Below, in pieces: positions 9,901-15,988 of a DNA stretch of 18,042 nt. Source of the stretch: an uncultured Opitutaceae bacterium (lineage in GTDB: Bacteria; Verrucomicrobiota; Verrucomicrobiia; Opitutales; Opitutaceae); contig CAZUQB010000024.1 in assembly GCA_964622405.1 (NCBI GenBank), positions 1-18,042 of the forward strand, given 5' to 3'. Position numbers and translations under genes: made by a program. Within the stretch, counting starts at the first letter, position 1; every line of letters starts with the position of its first letter. The notes under the pieces are model-generated. The model ran no database searches. It saw only the letters and a program-made list of their open reading frames with translations, and had not been told where the DNA came from.

Positions 9901-11092
9901 TGAAGATCGCGGCGGTCGCCGTGCCGAGCCGGACCGCACTGTCGAACCCGGTGAGGTCGATGTTCTCGTTCACCACCGCCGGGGTCCCCGTATGCGTGTC
10001 AAAGCCGAGGATGCCGTAGGTGTTGTAGGTGTCGAAGAGGCCGAGGAAGCTCGCCACGGAGGTCGTCTGCTCCGTGCCGATGTAGCTGATGTTGAAGCCA
10101 TCGTCGGGCTCCGCCAGATATCCGGTGCCGGTCGGGGTGTGCGCGAAAATCACCTGGGTGTCGTTCACCACTTGCGTGCCGCCCGAGTAGGTGGCGTTGC
10201 CGGCGATCCGGACCGCGCCGCCACCCTGGAACTGGAAGGTGGTCTCGGAGCTGGTCTCCGTCACGTCGCCAAACGTCAGCAGGCCCGACCCGTACACGTT
10301 CACGTAGGCCGTGCTGTTGACGAGCCCGCTGTTGGCCGTGGTCGTGCCCGTGAAGGTCAGCGAGCCCTTGCCGTAGTAGTCGCCGAAGTAGCTCTGGCCG
10401 GACAGCAGGACATTGTTCGCCAGGACGCTGGTATGGCTGTCGTCGTAATAGTCGGCGGCGGCGAGCGTGCCTCCGTTCATCTTCAGGAGCCCGGTGCCGA
10501 GGGACGAGTAGCCGTGCACGACGATGCGACCCTCCTGAAGGTCGACGGTCCCGGTGAAGAGATTGCCGTCGGTATGGTCGAAGAACAGGCTGCCCTGGCC
10601 GTACTTGGTGATGCCGCCGGACCCGGAGACCTGGCCGAAGATCGCGATGTCGATCCCGGCCACCTCGACGGTGCCGAGCGCGAAATTGTGCTGGCCGGCC
10701 GACAGGATCAGGGGTGCCGAGAAGAACAGGTAACCGCTGCCGTTGGGCGCGGTCGTGACATCGCCGTTGAGCGTGACCGGGCCGGTGCCGGTCAGGTCGT
10801 ACAGGCCAGAGGTCAGGTTGACGTGCCGGACGATGAACGGCGACGTGAAGTTGAGCGAGTGGTTGCCGCTCGCGGTGAGGCTGAAGTCGTCCGTGCCGCT
10901 CAGTCCGCCCGGAGCGACTCCGCCGGACCAATTGAGCCCGTTGTTGACGTACCCGTCATTGCCTGCGCCGGTCCAGACGAACTGCGCGCGCGCCGCCACG
11001 GCGCCGAACGCGAGCATGGCACAGCCGAACAGGAGGGGTATCCGCCGCAGGTTCAAGGCGGGGAATCTGGGAAAAACGCCCCCTCCGGGCAA
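6971..11092 (-). CDS. Large secreted PEP-CTERM protein (1373 aa by the longest ORF). PATR repeats plus a central block of ~40-aa 'G.GS.W' beta-helix-like repeats. Paralog 3 of 4, sister of paralog 4.
   Basis: The codon at 11090-11092 is TTG (the ORF track renders it as M). A more conventional signal peptide results from the in-frame TTG at 11054-11056 (MNLRRIPLLFGCAMLAFGAVAARA|QFVWTGAG), so the true start is uncertain within ~40 nt. Central repeats e.g. LVVQNGGVVTSNSGEIGLDSAYGNLVLTGTGSRWDVATSINVGHNGGTGILELVG. C-terminus SPVPEPSTYLLMLLGLGSGAVLWRKKRTRS (PEP-CTERM). ~80% nucleotide identity with gene 4 over the 3' ~600 nt. Confidence 0.85.
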   Translation of the reverse strand: MPGGGVFPRFPALNLRRIPLLFGCAMLAFGAVAARAQFVWTGAGNDGYVNNGLNWSGGVAPGGLSGTDDFSLTASGNHSLNFTSPFIVRHVNLTSGLYDLTGTGPVTLNGDVTTAPNGSGYLFFSAPLILSAGQHNFALGTVEVAGIDIAIFGQVSGSGGITKYGQGSLFFDHTDGNLFTGTVDLQEGRIVVHGYSSLGTGLLKMNGGTLAAADYYDDSHTSVLANNVLLSGQSYFGDYYGKGSLTFTGTTTANSGLVNSTAYVNVYGSGLLTFGDVTETSSETTFQFQGGGAVRIAGNATYSGGTQVVNDTQVIFAHTPTGTGYLAEPDDGFNISYIGTEQTTSVASFLGLFDTYNTYGILGFDTHTGTPAVVNENIDLTGFDSAVRLGTATAAIFNGTITPGTNAYLFGGRGVLTVNSNLTGANSVEVSDGLQLFLAGTNDYTGYTYAHHGGAAILASPGAVTSGVLESDYGAYVGYTEATGLSVSSFFNLFNTGYTYGVVGFDSTNPASPRTINEAIDLSATDFSSDIYLGTSTAVILNGTITPIGTEFRFTGFRDGQLTINSALTGAGNAVRIGQDDELIYSLTPVGSNFRPSVTLNGNNTYGGGTTLQSGGLILGHASALGTGQLTVSAYGNSIPWLSTNTADLTIANPIDTGTTTNFEVGGTFDFTLSGDLTSAYEYSTTLRKFGTGQVTFSGDNSGLYSRLEISSGTVAFTGDYSAGNGMLSLRNFDGADAQAIFTSAHPVIGGLSGDWATQVNLGSGTLTIRQVEDGLFDGVITGTGGLVLSSNNILTLSGANTYTGGTTVENGTLEVTSDGQVNHPGADLVVGVNESDEGELDVTKGGTVAANNVVLGENSYSWGGMTVDGAGSTLTVGSSLTIGANGDGDFTVSKGGHASAYGTFVGESGYGYLTVSDAGSLLSTTDEIIIGAFGSGHGYLSIEAGGVVSAGRGSIGYVAAGTATIDGAGSAWNNTGYLYVGSGGGNGHLVVQNGGVVTSNSGEIGLDSAYGNLVLTGTGSRWDVATSINVGHNGGTGILELVGQSLLNVGSGSGTITLGVGSGSYGTLMIGESEYSPYAGTINASTITSGGGGALVQFDTGATKSSPYYLTKDGTSSGANVQITGNVTVSNYGGYNVLSGTNTYTGGTVLYGGTLVAGSNSALGTGNISFSGGRLSIVSGVVISNPVSFSGSATLGGNGTWGSPITVSGGVDLAPGNSVGLLTFASGTTWGVNGNYDVEIQTAGGARGVGYDSIDVTGGLTFNATLGSPFTIRLISLDGSGNPGNIGDFNSSTGYAWLIAHTDGITGFDASAIQIQTTNFTNSTGIGGFYVTAVGNDVYLNFSPVPEPSTYLLMLLGLGSGAVLWRKKRTRS

Positions 11093-11339
11093 GGGTCAAA
11101 TCGCAAGAAATGACCAGTGGCCGCCCGGGGCGGGCGGCAGGTAACAGGGGTCAGGGATTCAGGTATCAGGGGTCGTCCGCGGCCCCGCTGCGGCGGGAGA
11201 ACTACCGCCCGGGCTGCACAGGAGGCAACGGAGGGAACAGAGGAGATTTCCCCACTCACTTGCCGCGACGGCGGCGAAGCCGCAGGTGCCACCTGATACT
11301 TGGAACCTGCTCCCTGATACTTGAATGCTATTACCTGCC
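11093..11339. promoter_or_regulatory. 247-bp intergenic region between gene 4 (stop) and gene 3 (start), the only long spacer in the array. Carries three GTATCAGG-containing motifs (two direct, one inverted). Probably contains an independent promoter/operator for gene 3.
   Basis: Near the gene-4 end the + strand shows caCCTGATACTTGgaacctgctcCCTGATACTTGaatg (11293-11328), two direct copies 11 bp apart. CAGGGATTCAGGTATCAGGGG at ~11141-11161 is the inverted partner (revcomp CCCCTGATACCTGAATCCCTG). Two GC palindromes (GCCGCCCGGGGCGGGCGGC region) lie between them. No coding signal in any frame. Confidence 0.3.
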
Positions 11340-14300
11340 TCAGCTGCGGCGCCGGGCGGCTTTCGCCGCCATCCAGGCCAAGCACCCCAGACCGAGCAGG
11401 ACCCAGGCGGCCGGCTCGGGCACCGGGCTGAAGTTCACGTAGACGTTGTTGCCGGAGGTGCTGACCGAGAACGATCCCGCGCCGAGGCTGTTCGTGAAGC
11501 TCGTGGTCGAGATCTGGATATTGGCCGCGTTGAAGCCGGTTAGGCCGTCGGTCTGGGCCACCAGCCAGGAGTAGCTGCTGGCCGGGTTGAAATCGGACAC
11601 GGCGCCCGGGTTTCCGCCCGCGTCGAGCGAGATCAGGTTGAAGGTGAACGGCGAGCCGAGCGTGGCGGTGAAGGTGAGCCCGCCGGTCACATTGATGGTG
11701 TCGTAACCGACGCCGCGGGCGCCAACGGCGCTCTGGATTTCAATGTCGTATGTGCCGCCCGGACCCCACGTCGTCCCGCTGGAGAAAGTCAGCAGGCCAA
11801 CGGAATTGCCCGGAGCGAGGTCGACGCCGCTGCCGACCGTGACCGGACTGCCGAAGGTGCCGTTGCCGCCGATGATGCCGCCGTTGGAGAACGTGAGCGG
11901 GTTGTTGAGCGTGACGCCGGAACCGATGCTCAGCCGTCCGCCGAAGAAGTAGACCGACCCGGTGCCGAGGGCGGAGTTTGCCGCGACGACCAAGGTGCCG
12001 CCATTCAGGTAGGTGCAGCCGTTGTAGGTGTTCGCGCCTGTGAGAACGTTGAAGCCTCCAAAGTTGAGCAACGCCAATGAGCCCGTGAGCGTGACCGGGG
12101 CGCCGCCCGCGGTTCCGTCCTTCGTCAGGTAGTAGGGCGTGGTGCTGGTGGCGGCGGTCGCCAGCTGCAGCTGGCCGCCTCCCGTGCCGCCCGTGATCGT
12201 GGCGGCGTTGATCACGCCGGCGTAGGTGCCGTTCTCGCTTTGGCCGATGATGAGGGCGCCTATGCCGTAGTTGCTGGCAAGGGTGACGGTGCCGGTCCCG
12301 CCGGCGACATTCACGAAGGCATCGTCCGCGATCACCAAGTTACCGGTGCCGGAGTTGGCGCCGATCGTAAGCCCGCCGGTCAGATTCCAGGCGCTGTTGG
12401 CTCCGGTAATGAACGCGTCGCCATAGCCAAAATCGAGCCCGACGACGCCGGTGGCGCTGGCAATCGTGCCGCCGTACTCGACGACGAGGGAGGCGCTGCC
12501 GCTGCCGGAACCGACGTAGAGATAGCCGCTGCTCAGCCACTGGCTGCCGCTGCCCTGCACCAGGACATCACCGCTGCCGATGTAGCCGATCGAAGCCCGG
12601 CCGCTGTAAACCGCGCTGCCGTCGCGGACCGTCATCGAGCCCACGCCCGTGGAGCCGAACGCCCCGATGATGATCTCGTCCGTCACGTTCCAGGTGCTGT
12701 CCACGCCGTGCAGGCTGACTGCGCCGTGGCCGTTGAGCCCGACGAACCCCGCATAGCTGGTGACCGTGCCGCCGGCAGCGATCTCAAGGTAGCCGTCGCC
12801 GGCGAGGCCGACGTCGAGGGTGTTGGCGTTGTACCAGACGGAACCGTCGCCGGAGACGAGCACCTCGGCGGCACTGCCGGTGCCATAGGCGATGATGCCG
12901 TTATGATCGCTGATCACCCCGCCGGCGGTGATCTGCAGGCCTGCATTGTCGCCGGGGTTGAACGCGAGCGTGACGTCGCCACTCGAATGGGTGATTGAGC
13001 CGCCCTTCACCGTGATCAGACCACCGTCGATCTCGGTGGCGTCGCTGTAGCTGTTGTCGCCGGTCAGGGTCAGCGTGCCGGTGCCGAGCTTGATCAGGGC
13101 GCCGGTGCCGCCGATCTGGCCCGCGAACTCGGTGCCGGTGCTCTGGTCCACGACCAGATTTCCATTGTGAAGCGTGACCTTGGTCTGGTTCTCGCCGGTG
13201 AATCCGTGCACGTAGGCCGACGGGCAGTCGACGAGCAGTTGGCCGTCGTTGACGCCGTCGAAGTTGAAAAGACTCACGGGGCCGGTGCCCGCGGCGTAAG
13301 TGGCGCCGAGACTCAGGATGCCGCTGTGGACCGAGATCGCGCCGGCCATCGTGGAATTGTCGCCCAGGAGCGTGACGGTGTTCGTGTCGATCTTGTCGAT
13401 TCGGCCGGCGACGGTGTTGTTGATCACTCCGCCGAGCGAGAAGTTGCACGTCCCGCCGAGCGTGAGGCTGGCATAGTTGTCGAAGACAATCTGGTTGCCG
13501 ATCCAAAGCTCCCCCACCGTGCTCTCGAGTCCGACGGGGTCGCCGCTGTTGGTCAGATGCAACGCCCCGGTGCCGAGCGCCGCCTCATGACCCAGCCGCA
13601 GGCGGCCGGACTGGAGATAGGTGCCGCCGCTGTAGCTGTTGTTGCCCGTGAGGGTGACGCTGGGCGAATAGAAGACGCCGCCCGGGGCGTACGGGAAGAC
13701 GATCTCCTGCGGTTCGCCGACGTAGACGGCGGCCGTGCCGGTGAGCGCGGTGCCCACGGTAAGTTGTCCGTTGCGGAATCCGGTGAACTGGTAGTCAGCC
13801 CCGGCGGGGGTGATCGGGCCCGTCAGGGTGGCCTGGGTGGCCGTGCCGATGAAGACGGAGCTGGAGAGACCAGTCAGGTTGATGGCTTGGCTGACGGTGC
13901 GACCGGAGGGATTCTCGGTGTCGAAGCCGACGACCCCAAACGTGCTGAAGGTATTGAAATGGGCGATGAAACCGGACGGGGTCAGCTCCGGGACCGTCTC
14001 GGTGTACCCGATGTAGCTGCCGGCCTCGACGTTGAAGGCCGTGCCGCTCGGCAGGGAGCTGCCGGTGAACACGATGGCGGCGCCGGCCCCGGCCCGGGTC
14101 GGGCCGGCATACGAGTTGGCGCCCTTGAGGAAGAGCAGGAGCCCGGACGTGGCCTCGAGTCCGGTCTCGTAGTTCAGGGACGACTGCACGGTGAGCGTGC
14201 CGCGTCCGCCGAAGTGATAGCCGTAGCTGCCGGGGATGATGGTGCCGGTGAAGACGGCCGCCGTGGAGGTGCCCACGCGCAGCGAGCCGTCGAAACCCAC

Positions 14301-15386
14301 GAGGTTGATCAGCTCGCTCACGACCGCGGGCGAATTCAGGTCGGGCGTGTCGAAGCCGATGATGCCGACGGAGGCCGTGGGGTGAACATGCGACAGGAAC
14401 AATGACTGGATGTTGGAGGTTTGTTCGGTCCCGAGGTACGCGTCGCCGTACACGATGAGCTCGCCGGTGGTCGGGGGCCCGTTGGCGAAAATGACCGCCG
14501 CGTTGTCCTGCACGCGCGTGTCGCCGGTGTAGCCGGGATTGCCCGCCACGCGGACCATGCCGGAGCCCGCAAAGTCCAGGATCGTGCCCTCGACGTTTTC
14601 CGCGATGTCGCCGAAGGTCAGGAGTCCGCGCCCGAGGGTATAGATCTCCGTGTTGGTCACCCCGGTCTGAAAACCGGTGGTGCCGGTGAGGGTGAGCGAA
14701 CCCCGGCCGCCGCTTTCGCCAAACAGCGCCACCGAATTCAGAAGAAAGTCGTTTGTCAGGACGGTGGTCAGGCTGTCGGGATGCGTGTCGAGCGCCGCCA
14801 GCTTGCCTTGATTCATGAACACGTCGCCGGTGCCGAGGGCGCCGTCCCCGTGGACGCGGAGGAGTCCCTGGTCGAGCTCCACGCCGCCGCTGAAGGTGTT
14901 GCCCGCGTGGTCGATCGTGAACGTGCCCAGGCCCCACTTGGCGAATCCGCCGGTGCCGCCCAGGGCACCGAGCAGAAGGATGTCCGAGCCATGGCTCTCC
15001 GCGGAGCCGATGGTGACCGAGTGAAGGCCGGCCGTGAGGCTGACCGGCGCAGAGATCGTGATGCCGATACAGGAGTCGTAGGTGGAGTCGACGCCGCCCG
15101 TCACGGTCAGCGTGCCCGGCCCGGAAATCAGGTACGAGCCGGTGGCGGCGCTGAACGTGACGTTGCGCACGCCGAGCGAGACCGGGAGCAGCGGGTTGAA
15201 CGACCCGCTGCGCGGGAAGACGATGTCCTCGGATCCAAGGCCTTGCGGGGCCGTGCCTCCCTGCCAGTTGGCCGGATCCCGGACATCCCCGTCCGCTCCA
15301 GCGCCGGTCCAGATAAACTGGGCCCGCAATTCCGACGCACTCACTGCCATGAAAGCAGCGAGCGAGACCAGAACCCGCGCGTTCAC
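11340..15386 (-). CDS. Large secreted PEP-CTERM protein (1348 aa) with PATR repeats plus a central 'G.GS.W' repeat block; paralog 4 of 4, first gene of the array in the direction of transcription
   Basis: GTG start at 15384-15386, with no SD (the upstream minus-strand sequence is ...gctagcctccaagcGTG). Signal peptide MNARVLVSLAAFMAVSASELRA|QFIWTGAGADG. C-terminus SPVPEPAAWVLLGLGCLAWMAAKAARRRS (PEP-CTERM). The C-terminal module GVGYDTINVTGGLTFTATLGSPFTFNLISLDAGGNPG is almost identical to gene 3's GVGYDSIDVTGGLTFNATLGSPFTIRLISLDGSGNPG. Confidence 0.85.
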   Translation of the reverse strand: MNARVLVSLAAFMAVSASELRAQFIWTGAGADGDVRDPANWQGGTAPQGLGSEDIVFPRSGSFNPLLPVSLGVRNVTFSAATGSYLISGPGTLTVTGGVDSTYDSCIGITISAPVSLTAGLHSVTIGSAESHGSDILLLGALGGTGGFAKWGLGTFTIDHAGNTFSGGVELDQGLLRVHGDGALGTGDVFMNQGKLAALDTHPDSLTTVLTNDFLLNSVALFGESGGRGSLTLTGTTGFQTGVTNTEIYTLGRGLLTFGDIAENVEGTILDFAGSGMVRVAGNPGYTGDTRVQDNAAVIFANGPPTTGELIVYGDAYLGTEQTSNIQSLFLSHVHPTASVGIIGFDTPDLNSPAVVSELINLVGFDGSLRVGTSTAAVFTGTIIPGSYGYHFGGRGTLTVQSSLNYETGLEATSGLLLFLKGANSYAGPTRAGAGAAIVFTGSSLPSGTAFNVEAGSYIGYTETVPELTPSGFIAHFNTFSTFGVVGFDTENPSGRTVSQAINLTGLSSSVFIGTATQATLTGPITPAGADYQFTGFRNGQLTVGTALTGTAAVYVGEPQEIVFPYAPGGVFYSPSVTLTGNNSYSGGTYLQSGRLRLGHEAALGTGALHLTNSGDPVGLESTVGELWIGNQIVFDNYASLTLGGTCNFSLGGVINNTVAGRIDKIDTNTVTLLGDNSTMAGAISVHSGILSLGATYAAGTGPVSLFNFDGVNDGQLLVDCPSAYVHGFTGENQTKVTLHNGNLVVDQSTGTEFAGQIGGTGALIKLGTGTLTLTGDNSYSDATEIDGGLITVKGGSITHSSGDVTLAFNPGDNAGLQITAGGVISDHNGIIAYGTGSAAEVLVSGDGSVWYNANTLDVGLAGDGYLEIAAGGTVTSYAGFVGLNGHGAVSLHGVDSTWNVTDEIIIGAFGSTGVGSMTVRDGSAVYSGRASIGYIGSGDVLVQGSGSQWLSSGYLYVGSGSGSASLVVEYGGTIASATGVVGLDFGYGDAFITGANSAWNLTGGLTIGANSGTGNLVIADDAFVNVAGGTGTVTLASNYGIGALIIGQSENGTYAGVINAATITGGTGGGQLQLATAATSTTPYYLTKDGTAGGAPVTLTGSLALLNFGGFNVLTGANTYNGCTYLNGGTLVVAANSALGTGSVYFFGGRLSIGSGVTLNNPLTFSNGGIIGGNGTFGSPVTVGSGVDLAPGNSVGLLTFSSGTTWGPGGTYDIEIQSAVGARGVGYDTINVTGGLTFTATLGSPFTFNLISLDAGGNPGAVSDFNPASSYSWLVAQTDGLTGFNAANIQISTTSFTNSLGAGSFSVSTSGNNVYVNFSPVPEPAAWVLLGLGCLAWMAAKAARRRS

Positions 15387-15438
15387 GCTTGGAGGCTAGC
15401 AACGTCGCCCGGCGGGTTCAAGGGCGATTCCGAGGCGC

Positions 15439-15468
15439 AAAAAAGCCCGTTCCGGCGAGGGAACGGGC
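15439..15468 (-). terminator. Rho-independent terminator for the small minus-strand gene: stem GCCCGTTCC/GGAACGGGC (9 bp), 6-nt loop, followed on the minus strand by UUUUUU
   Basis: + strand: gcgcAAAAAAGCCCGTTCCggcgagGGAACGGGCtgg. A-run 15439-15444, stem 15445-15453 / 15460-15468. On the minus strand this reads as a hairpin then T6, the textbook intrinsic terminator, 37 nt downstream of the stop of the 70-aa gene. It also implies gene 4 has its own promoter in 15387-15438. Confidence 0.6.
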
Positions 15469-15504
15469 TGGTGGGAGGCGGCGTGAAGCCGCGCTCGGAG
15501 AGGG

Positions 15505-15717
15505 TTATTTCTTCTCGGCCGTCTGGGCGGCCTTCTCGTCCTTCTTGGCGTCGGTGCCGGCCGTCTTGGCCGCGTCTTCCTTCTTCGCGTCCTTCTTGCA
15601 GCACTCCTTCGTGCAGTTGGCGTCGCACTTGGCGTCCTTGTCCTTGCAGGCTTCGCCGCCGGCGAAGGCAAACGACACGGCGCAGAGGGAGATCAGGGTG
15701 ATGAGGATTTTCTTCAT
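15505..15717 (-). CDS. Small secreted Lys/Asp/Ala-rich, 6-Cys peptide (70 aa precursor, ~51 aa mature): MKKILITLISLCAVSFAFA|GGEACKDKDAKCDANCTKECCKKDAKKEDAAKTAGTDAKKDEKAAQTAEKK
   Basis: ATG at 15715-15717, stop TAA at 15505-15507. Textbook Sec signal peptide (n-region KK, h-region ILITLISLCAVSF, AFA cleavage site). Codon usage is markedly less GC-rich than its neighbours (aag/aaa/gac-rich). Cys pattern C-x6-C-x3-C-x3-CC. The ORF track's 147-aa version (from 15948) runs through the intergenic repeat, so I take the internal ATG with the signal peptide as the real start. A dedicated terminator lies downstream. No homolog recognised. Confidence 0.55.
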   Translation of the reverse strand: MKKILITLISLCAVSFAFAGGEACKDKDAKCDANCTKECCKKDAKKEDAAKTAGTDAKKDEKAAQTAEKK

Positions 15718-15777
15718 GGGATTAGTGGGTTTTAGGGTTGGGATAGGGCACAAACGAGTACGTCTAGAACGCCCCGA

Positions 15778-15900
15778 CGCAAGTTTGTTCCCGCCAGATG
15801 GGTGGCCCACGGAACACACGGAATACACGGAACCGAACCCCTTGGGACTTGGTATTCTGGGATCGGCTTCGGTGTATTCCGTGTGTTCCGTGGGCCCTCC
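15778..15900. repeat. Intergenic repeat element, copy 1: conserved head CGCAAGTTTGTTCCCGCCAG-TGG-TGGCC followed by a long hairpin whose arms are 9-bp periodic units (CACGGAACA CACGGAATA CACGGAACC ... GGTGTATTC CGTGTGTTC CGTGGGCC)
   Basis: Left arm GGCCCACGGAACACACGGAATACACGGAA (15804-15832) is the reverse complement of right arm TTCGGTGTATTCCGTGTGTTCCGTGGGCC (15868-15896), ~27 bp with one mismatch, around a ~31-nt loop. It lies in the divergent promoter region between the small Cys-rich gene (-) and the flotillin gene (+). A second copy is at 17844-17982. Confidence 0.6.
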
Positions 15901-15988
15901 GGGCTCGACTGGCGGCGTGGGGCGCGCTTTGCTGCGGGTCTCTTCCACCCGTTGTCCGCCCCGGCGGTCCCTTTAACCCCGCACACCT

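Noticed and set aside
249-15386. Calling the four large proteins classical type V autotransporters
   Set aside because: Despite the 'autotransporter-associated' beta-strand repeats there is no C-terminal beta-barrel translocator domain. Each protein instead ends in a VPEP-helix-Arg PEP-CTERM anchor, so they are exosortase-type cargo, not T5SS substrates.
15804-15896. Possibility that the 9-bp periodic repeats are a CRISPR array
   Set aside because: The units are 9 bp, contiguous with no spacers, and arranged as an inverted repeat (hairpin) rather than as direct repeats separated by unique spacers. There are only two loci, and no cas genes.
15505-15948. 147-aa version of the small minus-strand ORF starting at 15948 (MEETRSKARPTPPVEPGGPTEHTEYTE...)
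   Set aside because: The N-terminal extension is a translation of the intergenic hairpin repeat (TEHTEYTE = CACGGAACACACGGAATACACGGAA). The internal ATG at 15717 is followed immediately by a textbook signal peptide, so the 70-aa form is called instead.
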